A DNA stretch of 64,000 bases from a virus: IMG/VR virus record IMGVR_UViG_3300005563_000033, positions 1 through 64,000 of that record; one strand, written 5' to 3'. The translations under genes and the position numbers were made by a program. The notes below the pieces were generated by a model. That model was given only the letters and a program-made list of their open reading frames with translations, had not been told where the DNA came from and did no database searches. Each line of letters starts with the position of its first letter. The stretch's first letter is position 1. Positions 17,669 through 26,837 of this stretch are shown piece by piece.

Positions 17669-18258
17669 AAAGAGTTTTTCACCCTTATGATCTGTGGGAG
17701 GATTTTAAGTTTGGGATGTGGCGCAAAGTATCATTTAAAGAGGAACGACATTTTTTAGAAGCCGCCATAGTATTTACAGGAGATGCTGAATTGTATGGTA
17801 GATATATGATTAGAGCGATAAACGAATGGCCCTACGGATGTGAACATAATCTTAGTTGTGTCGGAATGAATAGACAAGCATGGATAGGACACGCGGCCAC
17901 TTGTATAGCTATCCACTGCCCTGAATATATTACCCGTCTTGCATGGCATCAATTGACTCAAAAACAGCAAGACGACGCAAACGAAAAAGCTGACATAGCA
18001 ATAAAAACTTGGGAAGAAAATTATGCCAAAGACAAAGATTGGAATAGATGTATTGACAGCCGCCCGTCATCGGATTTCATGGACGTTCGACACCTTCGAG
18101 AAAGTTTACCTTTCTTTCAGTGCCGGGAAGGACAGTACGGTGATGTTGCACTTAGTAGCGGAGGAAGCAAGAAAAAGAAAAAGGACGTTTGGTCTGTTGT
18201 TGATAGACATGGAAAGTCAATACAAACTAACGATGGATCACGCGACCGCCTGTTTTAG
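17665..18258 (+). CDS. Conserved phage protein upstream of ibrAB-like genes
   Basis: HPYDLWEDFKFGMW..EWPYGCEHNLS..NRQAWIGHAA; last 236 nt overlap the next gene. Confidence 0.7.
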   Translation: MKRVFHPYDLWEDFKFGMWRKVSFKEERHFLEAAIVFTGDAELYGRYMIRAINEWPYGCEHNLSCVGMNRQAWIGHAATCIAIHCPEYITRLAWHQLTQKQQDDANEKADIAIKTWEENYAKDKDWNRCIDSRPSSDFMDVRHLRESLPFFQCREGQYGDVALSSGGSKKKKKDVWSVVDRHGKSIQTNDGSRDRLF

Positions 18259-19234
18259 CGAATACTCTGATTGTACAGAGCCTTTTTGGTGCTGCCTTGA
18301 AATACATCTACGCAATGCCGTAAGTGTTTACGAGCCTCATTGGATAGCGTGGGACGAAACTAAAAAAGCCAGTTGGGTAAGAGAAAAGCCAGCAATTGCA
18401 TATCCTACTAATTTCTTTCCTTTTTATCACCGGGGGATGGAATTTGAAGAGTTTGTACCCGAATTTGGCTCATGGTATGCTGAAGGGAAACCATGCGCCT
18501 GTTTTGTTGGTATAAGATCGGACGAAAGCCTTAACCGTTATAGAACAATTGCCAGTGATAAAAAAATGATGTACGAAGGTCGTAAATGGACATCCTTAGT
18601 TCAGGATCAAGTATACAATATCTATCCCATTTACGATTGGAAGACAGAGGATATTTGGACATACCACGGCAAGAGACCAGACAAGCAATATAACAAGCTG
18701 TACGACTTAATGTACAAAGCAGGACTAACTATTAGCCAGATGCGTATATGTCAACCATATGGAGATGATCAAAGACGTGGCTTGTGGTTATTTCACCTTA
18801 TAGAGCCAGAAACATGGGCACGTGTAGTAGCCAGGGTGAACGGCGCAAACGGTGGCGCATTGTATATAAACGAATCTGGGAATGTAACAGGGTATAGGCG
18901 AATAAGCAAGCCGGAAGGCCATACGTGGCAATCGTTCGCTAAGATGCTTCTATCCTCAATGCCAGCTAAATCTCAAATACACTACGACGCTAAGATCAGC
19001 GTCTTTATAAAGTGGTGGATGGATAGAGGATACCCAGATGGTATACCAGACGAAGCACCCTACGAGATGGAAGCGAATAAACTAGCCCCCTCATGGCGTA
19101 GAATATGTAAGTCGTTGTTACGCAATGACTATTGGGGTAAGAGTATGGGCTTCAGCCAGACAAAATCGGAAGCGTACGAAAAATATTTAGCTCTTATAAA
19201 AAGAAAAAAAGAAAAATGGAAATTATCAATTTAA
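18023..19234 (+). CDS. ibrA: PAPS-reductase-like / DUF3440 protein (IbrA-like)
   Basis: SFSAGKDS PP-loop, VGIRSDESLNR, YPIYDW, MRICQPYGDDQR, PSWRRICK..LRNDYW. Confidence 0.85.
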   Translation: MPKTKIGIDVLTAARHRISWTFDTFEKVYLSFSAGKDSTVMLHLVAEEARKRKRTFGLLLIDMESQYKLTMDHATACFSEYSDCTEPFWCCLEIHLRNAVSVYEPHWIAWDETKKASWVREKPAIAYPTNFFPFYHRGMEFEEFVPEFGSWYAEGKPCACFVGIRSDESLNRYRTIASDKKMMYEGRKWTSLVQDQVYNIYPIYDWKTEDIWTYHGKRPDKQYNKLYDLMYKAGLTISQMRICQPYGDDQRRGLWLFHLIEPETWARVVARVNGANGGALYINESGNVTGYRRISKPEGHTWQSFAKMLLSSMPAKSQIHYDAKISVFIKWWMDRGYPDGIPDEAPYEMEANKLAPSWRRICKSLLRNDYWGKSMGFSQTKSEAYEKYLALIKRKKEKWKLSI

Positions 19235-19872
19235 TGGAAATAGAAGCGTTGCCGCTTCATGAAAAAATTGAAGCAATTAATCAGGCAAAACTAGCCTTAC
19301 ACGCTATTTCGCCTTTTAATAAAGAGCCGGTGGACTGTGTGTTGTGGGTAAGATCAGATACGGTTACAGCTAATGACTATAACCCTAATGCCGTAGCACC
19401 CCCAGAAATGAAATTACTGGCTATTTCTATAGGTGAAGATGGATATACACAACCTATCGTAACTTGGGTAGAAGAAGATAGGCGAGAAGTAATTGACGGC
19501 TACCATAGGCACCGTGTAGGTAAAGAGGACAAGGAAATAAATGTACGCATATTCAACTATCTCCCAGTGGTTACAGCCAACGAAAACAGAACAGACAAAG
19601 GAGATCGTATTGCCGCCACTATAAGACACAACCGAGCTAGGGGTAAGCACAAGATAGACGCAATGAGCGAAATTGTGTTAGAGCTTAAACGTCGAAACTG
19701 GTCAGATAAAAAGATAGGTCAGCAATTGGGTATGGATCAGGATGAAGTTTTAAGATTAGCGCAAATAACAGGGTTGGCTGAAATGTTTGCCGATAGAGAA
19801 TTTTCAGAAGCCTGGGAAGTTGATAAAATAGACGAAAACGACACACTTAGCATTCAAGAAGAAAATCAATAG
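19216..19872 (+). CDS. ibrB: ParB/Srx N-terminal domain protein (IbrB-like)
   Basis: ANDYNPNAVAPPEMKLL..DGYTQPIV..VIDGYHR..ATIRHNRARGKH. Confidence 0.85.
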   Translation: MEIINLMEIEALPLHEKIEAINQAKLALHAISPFNKEPVDCVLWVRSDTVTANDYNPNAVAPPEMKLLAISIGEDGYTQPIVTWVEEDRREVIDGYHRHRVGKEDKEINVRIFNYLPVVTANENRTDKGDRIAATIRHNRARGKHKIDAMSEIVLELKRRNWSDKKIGQQLGMDQDEVLRLAQITGLAEMFADREFSEAWEVDKIDENDTLSIQEENQ

Positions 19873-19874
19873 TA

Positions 19875-20879
19875 ATGAATATTCCAATTAAAGAATTAAA
19901 AAGATTTCAGGCAATGGCCGGCCATGTACAAGGGTCAAACATTCTCCCGGCGCATAAGTATCTAAAAATAGGTGAAGGCAAGATTGTAAAAAACGTCAGC
20001 AGCAGTTTTATAGTCTATGAATGTAAGGCAGCAGATGAAGGGCCTTTGCTGGTTCATGAAGATGACCTTTTTGGGCTTGTATCCGAAACACCATCCGCTG
20101 TAGTATCCATAAACAAGGTGAAAGGTAAGATTGAATTAAATGACGGCATAGATGTAATTAAATTGCAGGAAATGCCACCAAAGACGTTTAATGAACCACC
20201 CGTGGCAGATAGCGAAAAAGTTATTTTATCGGATGAGTTTTGGGAGGCCGTTGCCAAAGCGACGCATTTTTCACAGTTTATAAAAGACATGCCAACCTAT
20301 TACGGCTATGTGCATATAGCTGAAAACTGCGTATGTGCAGGGGATGGAATAATAGCCTATCACTATCCGATAGAAGAGGATGTAAAGATTATCATAGAAG
20401 GTAAACTAGCGAAGTCAATAGCGGAAGCAAAACCGTCATGGTTCTCACAGAACGAAAAAAACGTATTCTTTGAAGGTGCGGGCGTAGTGTTCGGGTTTGT
20501 AAAGCCAGAAATAGGCTGGCTGGACATAAAGAGGCTGTTTGCACATGAAAAGAAATATGCATTCTCGCTGCCTGCCAGCGATATAACATCCTTTGGAAAC
20601 TTGTCCATTAAGTTAACATCTGATCCAATGGTTACTATTACTACAGGACTATTGGAGATGAACGACATGCTACTGGATAAGAACCACAAGCGGGCCGTAC
20701 CTTCCATAAAGATGCCGGGAGAGTTTACCTACAACCCAAAAAGAATGAACACAGTATTGAAAGGCTTAGATGTTGAAGATATAGATTTCAGCGAAAACGG
20801 ATCAGCATACTACCTTTCATCGAAAGACACAAAAGCAACCGCACTTATAGCAAAAATTCAAAAACCCCAACAAAAATGA
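19875..20879 (+). CDS. DNA polymerase III beta sliding-clamp-like protein
   Basis: 334 aa; DnaN-like N-terminus (NILP...LKI), three-domain size, FTYNPKRM..VL near the C-terminus. Confidence 0.6.
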   Translation: MNIPIKELKRFQAMAGHVQGSNILPAHKYLKIGEGKIVKNVSSSFIVYECKAADEGPLLVHEDDLFGLVSETPSAVVSINKVKGKIELNDGIDVIKLQEMPPKTFNEPPVADSEKVILSDEFWEAVAKATHFSQFIKDMPTYYGYVHIAENCVCAGDGIIAYHYPIEEDVKIIIEGKLAKSIAEAKPSWFSQNEKNVFFEGAGVVFGFVKPEIGWLDIKRLFAHEKKYAFSLPASDITSFGNLSIKLTSDPMVTITTGLLEMNDMLLDKNHKRAVPSIKMPGEFTYNPKRMNTVLKGLDVEDIDFSENGSAYYLSSKDTKATALIAKIQKPQQK

Positions 20880-21181
20880 ACAAGAAGACTAACATAGAAT
20901 ACCTGCGAGATTGCATTAAAGGTAATGAGGAAGCTAATGAGTTTCTTGATGCAGTCATAAAAGAAATTAAGGCTAAGGATAAAAGAGTTAAAGCCTTAGA
21001 AGATGATTGCGACTGTGACGAATATGAAGATAGAAGTTATGAAAATACCATTGACACGGGCATGGAGCCGCTGGAATGGTCATGCCCTAACTTAGGCATC
21101 ATTTCTTTGATGGAAACATTTGAAGAAAAGTTGGAAAAATTAGGCCACATACGTTTAGAAGCAGCTATTAAATCTCTTTAA
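20876..21181 (+). CDS. Hypothetical protein
   Basis: 101-aa ORF with ATGA overlap. Confidence 0.7.
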   Translation: MNKKTNIEYLRDCIKGNEEANEFLDAVIKEIKAKDKRVKALEDDCDCDEYEDRSYENTIDTGMEPLEWSCPNLGIISLMETFEEKLEKLGHIRLEAAIKSL

Positions 21182-21205
21182 CACTCAGCACTACAATTTT
21201 AAGTT

Positions 21206-21598
21206 ATGGCTAAGGGTATGAGGAAGTTTAAAGATGATTGGCCTTTAATGGAGATTCATAGACAATATGAAAAGGACGAAGCCATGAAGGCGCTATTTGA
21301 TGAAATATCTCGGCTAAAGTTCAAGATTGGAGAGCAAGATTCAGGGATTTCCGAATTAAAATACGAGATAGTTCATACCAAGCCAAAGGAAATAGAGAAG
21401 ATTGTTGTTAAAGAGGTGGCTGCCACTGCCGGTAAAAAATCAGTAAAGGCATGGAAAAAAGACGAATACTTTGCAGAAATAATGAGCCGGTTAGAAAGAG
21501 CTAATGAGACTAAAAAAAGATATGAGAAAGACGTTATTTTATGGCGTAACAAGTACTTTGACCTTCTAGCCAGAACGAACAAAGACGGCCATGAATAG
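21206..21598 (+). CDS. Hypothetical coiled-coil protein
   Basis: 130-aa ORF. Confidence 0.7.
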   Translation: MAKGMRKFKDDWPLMEIHRQYEKDEAMKALFDEISRLKFKIGEQDSGISELKYEIVHTKPKEIEKIVVKEVAATAGKKSVKAWKKDEYFAEIMSRLERANETKKRYEKDVILWRNKYFDLLARTNKDGHE

Positions 21599-21647
21599 TC
21601 ATACTTCTATATATTGTTTCTATTGTGAAAAATAAATTTGTAGAAAA

Positions 21648-21841
21648 ATTTGCTCATCTGCAAAAAGATTGCCACCTTAGTCTTCCAATGAACTTTTTAA
21701 AGCCCTCTACATGCTAAATCATTTTACATAATTGTATCTAGGTATTGACCGGGAAGCAGTACTGAGAGACTAAAAATAATTCGTGGTGACACGAAGATAA
21801 AGTAGTCCCCCATTCTTCCCGGATGGGGGCTATTTATTTTT
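21648..21841 (+). promoter_or_regulatory. Promoter plus attenuator-like leader of the replication operon
   Basis: TTTG..CACCTTAG; terminator TAGTCCCCCAT/ATGGGGGCTA plus TTTATTTTT directly before ATG; loop CTTCCCGG is complementary to upstream CCGGGAAG. Confidence 0.6.
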
Positions 21842-22213
21842 ATGGAATACGAAGAACTACTAAAGGATGAGAGGTGGCAAGCAAAAAGAAAAGCGATTTT
21901 ACATAGAGACAATCACCAATGTAAGATAAAAGGCTGTAGGTCAAAGAAAGGGCTTGACGTTCATCATTATTTCTACATGAGTAAAGACCTTGCACCGTGG
22001 GAATATTCGGACGACTGCTTATTAACCTTATGCCGGTATCATCATAGTCAGTACCATGATCTTGTTGCGAAAATGGAAGCCAGATTGTGCCTTACTTTAA
22101 AAACCAAAGGCTTCATGCTTGGCGATTTATTGGCCTTATCCACTCTTTTTGACACGGATGCGGAATTTACCCAATCCCTATTAAGCACCTTAAGAGACAT
22201 GCAGAATGGCTAA
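21842..22213 (+). CDS. HNH-domain protein
   Basis: W..KR..IL.RD.HQC...C...LDVHH...PWEY...LLTLCRYHH. Confidence 0.8.
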   Translation: MEYEELLKDERWQAKRKAILHRDNHQCKIKGCRSKKGLDVHHYFYMSKDLAPWEYSDDCLLTLCRYHHSQYHDLVAKMEARLCLTLKTKGFMLGDLLALSTLFDTDAEFTQSLLSTLRDMQNG

Positions 22214-22958
22214 AGACCCGGCTTTTTTGTTTTATTCATCTGATTTTATTACCGGGGTGCAGGTAATGGGGATGGAGGATCGTGGGAAGTACATCACAAT
22301 TCTTTGCCTAATGCATCAGCAAGGTAGGCTGTCCGAAGAAACCATTAGGTTTCTTGTAGGTTCGGTTTCGGATATCCTAAAATCTAAGTTTTCCGTCGAT
22401 GAAGCCGGATTATGGTACAACAAGCGCCTGGAAGCCGAATCTGAGAAAAGAAGAAAATTCTCTAAAAGCCGCTACGACAACGGAGTTAAAGGCGGCAGAC
22501 CCAAGAATCCGGAAAAACCTAGTGGTTTATCTATGGTTAACCTACCTGAAGATGAAAATATAAATAGAATTATAGAGCAGTTGGAGAATATTTCCGGCAA
22601 ACTGGACGCGACTAAAACAAAAGAGTTTATGTACTTGGTAGTAGAAATGGCAAGACTATTCATGGCTCATAACCCGGATTATTTTTTTGACAAAGAGTCC
22701 GACTATTCCGCCTGCTTGGAAATAGCGTACAAGATCGCAGCTATGAAAAAGTGGAAAAAGGCAGATGTTGTTGACGGGAAAATGAATGCTTGCCTAACTA
22801 GCTGGGCAGCGATAGTAGAATTCATAAAAGAGGATGAATGGCTGCAAAATAGATCATTGTCGGATTTAGCAAAGGTAAATGAATGGCAACGGCTTGTTCA
22901 AAAAATGAATAATTCCAAGCCACACCAAAGTGGTTCGGAAAAAAGAATGGTTTTATGA
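22206..22958 (+). CDS. Phage replication initiator (DUF1376/YdaU-like N-terminus)
   Basis: KDPAFLFYSSDF..RGKYITILC..Q, NKRL..E, NGVKGGRPK; lies upstream of the primase-helicase. Confidence 0.75.
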   Translation: MAKDPAFLFYSSDFITGVQVMGMEDRGKYITILCLMHQQGRLSEETIRFLVGSVSDILKSKFSVDEAGLWYNKRLEAESEKRRKFSKSRYDNGVKGGRPKNPEKPSGLSMVNLPEDENINRIIEQLENISGKLDATKTKEFMYLVVEMARLFMAHNPDYFFDKESDYSACLEIAYKIAAMKKWKKADVVDGKMNACLTSWAAIVEFIKEDEWLQNRSLSDLAKVNEWQRLVQKMNNSKPHQSGSEKRMVL

Positions 22959-24715
22959 TTTCAGAATATTGTATACAGCGCATTAAGGATTCAGCCATTA
23001 TAAATGAAGTAATAGGTTCATTTATAACACTTAAGAGAGAAGGGAAAGACTATAAAAGTTGCTGCCCTTTCCATGCGGAAAAAAGCCCGTCTTTTAGCGT
23101 TTCTCCGGTAAAGGGCATATACAAATGCTTTGGATGTGGTAAGTCTGGGGATAGTATAACCTTTTTGATTGAACACGAAAAAATGTCTTACGTCGATGCA
23201 TTGAAATGGGTGGCAAGCAAATATAATATTGAAATTGAAGAAGTTAGAACTAAAAATTATGTAAAGCCTGCCCCCAGACTACAAAAAATGAGCGACAAAG
23301 CCGTTGAATGGTTTGAAAAGGAGCGACATATAAGCAATAATACTCTTTTGCGTTTTGGTGTTACAGAGGCAATAGAATGGATGCCACAATTCAAGCAAGA
23401 GGTTAACACAATATGTTTCAACTACATTAAGGATGGCGAGTTGATAAATATTAAATTCCGTGGGCCAAAAAAGTCATTCAAGATGGCTAAGGATGCGGAA
23501 TTAATTTTCTACAACTTAGACGAAATTGAAAAAGAGCAAGAATGCATAATCGTAGAAGGGGAAATAGACTGTCTCTCTCTTTATGAAGCTGGTATGTACA
23601 ATGTCGTATCGGTTCCAAATGGAGCCGCGCCGGGCAACCAACGGTTAGAATATTTAGATAATTGCTGGTCGTACTTTGAAAATAAAACGAAGATCATTCT
23701 CATGGTGGACAATGATCCGCCAGGAGAGCGATTACGAGAAGAATTAGGGCGTAGGCTTGGCTATGACAAATGCTGGCAAGTTGCATACCCGCCCGGCTGC
23801 AAAGATGCCAACGATGTGCTTATTAACCACGGGAAATCTGCCCTCAAAGTTATTGTTGAGGAAGCTAAAATGTGGCCATTAGAGGGCTTGGTTACTATGG
23901 ATGATATGTTTGAAACGGTAGTATCATTCTACGAGGATGGATATCCTAAAGGCTGTAACGCCAATATTGGCCCTTTTGATGATTACCTTACGTTTTATCC
24001 CGGGCAGTTGACGGTGATAACAGGCATCCCAGGCTCCGGTAAATCCGAATTTATCGACTGGCTTATGGCGTCCTTAGCAAAGTATCATGATTGGACTTGG
24101 GGAATATGTAGTTTTGAGACCCCCCCCGAGTTTCATGTAACAAAATTAGCTGAGAAATTCACGAATAAATCGTTCTCTTTTAGAAAAGACCCCAATCATA
24201 GAATGAATAGGTCTGAGTTCGAATATGCTATTGGGATGATTGATAAGTACTTCCACTTCATAAATCTTTCTCTTATTGATATTACAATGGACGGACTAAT
24301 TAAAAAGGGGGAAGAGTTGGTAAAAAGGAAGGGGATAAAAGGAATATTATTTGATCCGTGGAATTGCATAGAGCATAAGCATGGCGGCGAAAATGAAACT
24401 ACATATGTTCTAGCCTGCTTAAATAAATTTATTGCTTTTTTGGATAAATATAAGGTGCATGGGTTTTTGGTGGCACACCCTACAAAGTTGAAAAAGGATG
24501 TGAAGACGGGGAAATACGAAATTCCAACTTTATATAGTATTTCAGGATCAGCCCATTTTTTTAATAGGACGCACAACGGACTAAGTGTATGGAGGGATTT
24601 TGAAACAAATGTGGTTGATGTGTATGTGCAGAAAGTTAAATGGAGTTGGCTTGGTAAAATAGGGTTCTGTAGCTATCAATTTAATTCATTCACAAGAGAA
24701 TACGAACAATTATGA
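22955..24715 (+). CDS. Primase-helicase (CHC2 Zn finger + TOPRIM + SF4/Twinkle-like helicase)
   Basis: CPFH..CFGC; VEGEIDCLS; DND..G; KDAND; TGIPGSGKS; DPWN; LVAHP. Confidence 0.95.
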   Translation: MISEYCIQRIKDSAIINEVIGSFITLKREGKDYKSCCPFHAEKSPSFSVSPVKGIYKCFGCGKSGDSITFLIEHEKMSYVDALKWVASKYNIEIEEVRTKNYVKPAPRLQKMSDKAVEWFEKERHISNNTLLRFGVTEAIEWMPQFKQEVNTICFNYIKDGELINIKFRGPKKSFKMAKDAELIFYNLDEIEKEQECIIVEGEIDCLSLYEAGMYNVVSVPNGAAPGNQRLEYLDNCWSYFENKTKIILMVDNDPPGERLREELGRRLGYDKCWQVAYPPGCKDANDVLINHGKSALKVIVEEAKMWPLEGLVTMDDMFETVVSFYEDGYPKGCNANIGPFDDYLTFYPGQLTVITGIPGSGKSEFIDWLMASLAKYHDWTWGICSFETPPEFHVTKLAEKFTNKSFSFRKDPNHRMNRSEFEYAIGMIDKYFHFINLSLIDITMDGLIKKGEELVKRKGIKGILFDPWNCIEHKHGGENETTYVLACLNKFIAFLDKYKVHGFLVAHPTKLKKDVKTGKYEIPTLYSISGSAHFFNRTHNGLSVWRDFETNVVDVYVQKVKWSWLGKIGFCSYQFNSFTREYEQL

Positions 24716-24846
24716 AGCCAAAGAAAGATAGAAATAAACCAATGGACGGCATTATTTATTTAAAAGACATATTTCCTGAAATGTTTGAAAGGTTCAAAAA
24801 GATAAAAAAGGGACAATATGTTAGAAATTCCAAAATGACACCATAA
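24712..24846 (+). CDS. 44-aa micro-protein resembling the primase-helicase linker
   Basis: Translated by hand: MKPKKDRNKPMDGIIYLKDIFPEMFERFKKIKKGQ...; ATGA overlap with the helicase stop. Confidence 0.55.
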   Translation: MKPKKDRNKPMDGIIYLKDIFPEMFERFKKIKKGQYVRNSKMTP

Positions 24847-24858
24847 ATACTTTTTACA

Positions 24859-25203
24859 ATGAATTACTGGGTAGTACCATCTGCTTTGTCTAAGTATGAT
24901 CCTGAAATAATAAGAACAGCTAGAGCATTAAGTATAGACGATATTGTAAAAGCCGTGTGCAATTACTATATGGTACATGAAAAATTGTTATACAATAAAA
25001 ACAGAAAAAGAGAAGTAGTGGATGCTAGGAATATAGTATTTTACATAGCTCGAAAGTATACTAGACTTTCTTTGAAAAATGTTGGAAAGCCATTTGGGAA
25101 AGATCATACTACCGTAATACATGGCATCCAATCATTCAAAGATAGATTTGATACAGAGGATAAGCTTAAAATGGAGATTGGAATAATTTGTCAATCTTTA
25201 TAA
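24859..25203 (+). CDS. Stand-alone DnaA domain IV (C-terminal DNA-binding) protein
   Basis: RKREVVDARNIVFYIARKYTRLSLKNVGKPFGKDHTTVIHG. Confidence 0.9.
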   Translation: MNYWVVPSALSKYDPEIIRTARALSIDDIVKAVCNYYMVHEKLLYNKNRKREVVDARNIVFYIARKYTRLSLKNVGKPFGKDHTTVIHGIQSFKDRFDTEDKLKMEIGIICQSL

Positions 25204-25219
25204 AACATTTAAAGGAGTA

Positions 25220-25531
25220 TTGTATATGAAAAGTAGTTTAATAAAGTTGTTTCCTTGGTGTCTTTCGCTTTGTTTTTTGTGCTGGGCAGTTTGGAGTAAT
25301 TTGGAATTGAACAAGACTGGCCTTATATTATTTTATGTAGAACAGTATAATGATCGTATTCAGCATAAATATGACTCTGTAGTTAAGGTGAATGAACGAA
25401 TAATTAGCCTTAACCCCTTGCATTTAGAAATAGGTTCAGCAGGGCCAAATAGAGTAATATCAGGGGACAATGATATACTAGTGCTGCAAGGAGGTAACGA
25501 AAATTCATCAGTCATTAAAATTAAAAAATAA
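25220..25531 (+). CDS. Membrane-anchored hypothetical protein
   Basis: N-terminal hydrophobic segment. Confidence 0.6.
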   Translation: MYMKSSLIKLFPWCLSLCFLCWAVWSNLELNKTGLILFYVEQYNDRIQHKYDSVVKVNERIISLNPLHLEIGSAGPNRVISGDNDILVLQGGNENSSVIKIKK

Positions 25532-25534
25532 ATC

Positions 25535-25951
25535 ATGATTTCAACAACAACAAAACGTTCAGGATGTATTCCCTCAATGGTCTTTATTATGGGTATTGTA
25601 ATTTGTATTTACGCTTGCAATGGCAGTAAAGCACCAGAAGTTAAAGCGCAAACTAATCTTTGCAATATAGCTACTACTCCACGTGGTAATGACTCAGGAT
25701 GGACTCTACTCAAGGCAGAGTATACGGTAGGTAAGAAATGGGCTTATGGAGACTCGATTAAAAGCGAGGGCCAGTTTAAAATGGATACCATATCTTGGAG
25801 AGTATTTATTTTAGACACCGCTAGAGATGCAAAAGGTAAACCCATCTATGATTCTACTCTTAAAAGATGGAAACCGGGTGGATACTGGGTAGAACTAACC
25901 GAAGCCCAAAAACAAGCAAATCTTATTCATATACTACCTAAATCTAAATAA
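25535..25951 (+). CDS. Putative lipoprotein
   Basis: VFIMGIVICIYA-C. Confidence 0.7.
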   Translation: MISTTTKRSGCIPSMVFIMGIVICIYACNGSKAPEVKAQTNLCNIATTPRGNDSGWTLLKAEYTVGKKWAYGDSIKSEGQFKMDTISWRVFILDTARDAKGKPIYDSTLKRWKPGGYWVELTEAQKQANLIHILPKSK

Positions 25952-25952
25952 A

Positions 25953-26198
25953 GTGACTATAATAGTAGAGACAAATACAGAGACCTTTAAAAGGATTGGC
26001 AACGGAGAATTAACTATGATTGTCCATAAATTCAATAAGCCAATTGCCGTGACCGATAATATTATCTTTCAGGAAGTAGTAGGCGAAGTAAAGCACACCG
26101 GGGAAGAGTTAACCTATGTAGTTTCCCAGATTGAAACGGATGGGTGCAAAGCTGGATATTCGGCCGTAGCTTTCAAAGAAAAAGAACCAAACTATTAA
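25953..26198 (+). CDS. ASCH/DUF3850-like small protein
   Basis: FKRI.NG...DNIIFQE...HTGEEL...V...GYSAV. Confidence 0.6.
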   Translation: MTIIVETNTETFKRIGNGELTMIVHKFNKPIAVTDNIIFQEVVGEVKHTGEELTYVVSQIETDGCKAGYSAVAFKEKEPNY

Positions 26199-26201
26199 GC
26201 C

Positions 26202-26834
26202 ATGAAATACTTTATTGACCAAGAATTTATAGAGGGCTTTTATAAGCCAACTTTCGGCAAAAGGCGTCATTTCATAGACTTAATCAGCATAGGCATAGTA
26301 AGTGAGGATAACAGGGGGCTATATTTCCTAAGCAGCGAATACAACTATAAAGATGCCGACAAATGGGTTAAAGACAACGTTATTCTTAAAGCCTATACCC
26401 ATGCAGTACACGGGGACAACAGAAACAGATATTCGGCAAATACTTTCCATAAATCGTTTGGCGTCCCTGTGAAAGAAATACGAAAGGAGATATTGAAGTT
26501 TATAGGAGACGATAAGGATATTTCATTCTACGGGTATTATGCAGACTATGACTGGGTGCTATTTTGTTCCATATTTGGCCGCATGATAGACTTGCCTAAA
26601 GGATGGCCTATGTATTGTATCGACTTAAAACAAGAACTAGATAGAAGGGTGGCCGCTTTGACAAATAGCGACTTCCTGACTCATTTCCATGTGCCAGAAC
26701 CTTTAAAATTTGAAGATAAATTACGACTAGTTAAAGAGAAAAATGTAAGGTATCCCAAACAATCCAACGAACATTTGGCCATAAACGATGCCGCCTGGAA
26801 CAAAGAACTTTACAAATTCCTACAAACTTTGTAA
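26202..26834 (+). CDS. DEDDh 3'-5' exoribonuclease (RNase AS / Rv2179c-like)
   Basis: YFIDQEF, DLISIGIV, GYYADYDWV, CIDLKQ, HLAINDA. Confidence 0.85.
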   Translation: MKYFIDQEFIEGFYKPTFGKRRHFIDLISIGIVSEDNRGLYFLSSEYNYKDADKWVKDNVILKAYTHAVHGDNRNRYSANTFHKSFGVPVKEIRKEILKFIGDDKDISFYGYYADYDWVLFCSIFGRMIDLPKGWPMYCIDLKQELDRRVAALTNSDFLTHFHVPEPLKFEDKLRLVKEKNVRYPKQSNEHLAINDAAWNKELYKFLQTL

Positions 26835-26837
26835 CCC

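Noticed and set aside
19216-19872. Plasmid-partition ParB
   Set aside because: Motifs and linkage match IbrB-like proteins; no ParA nearby
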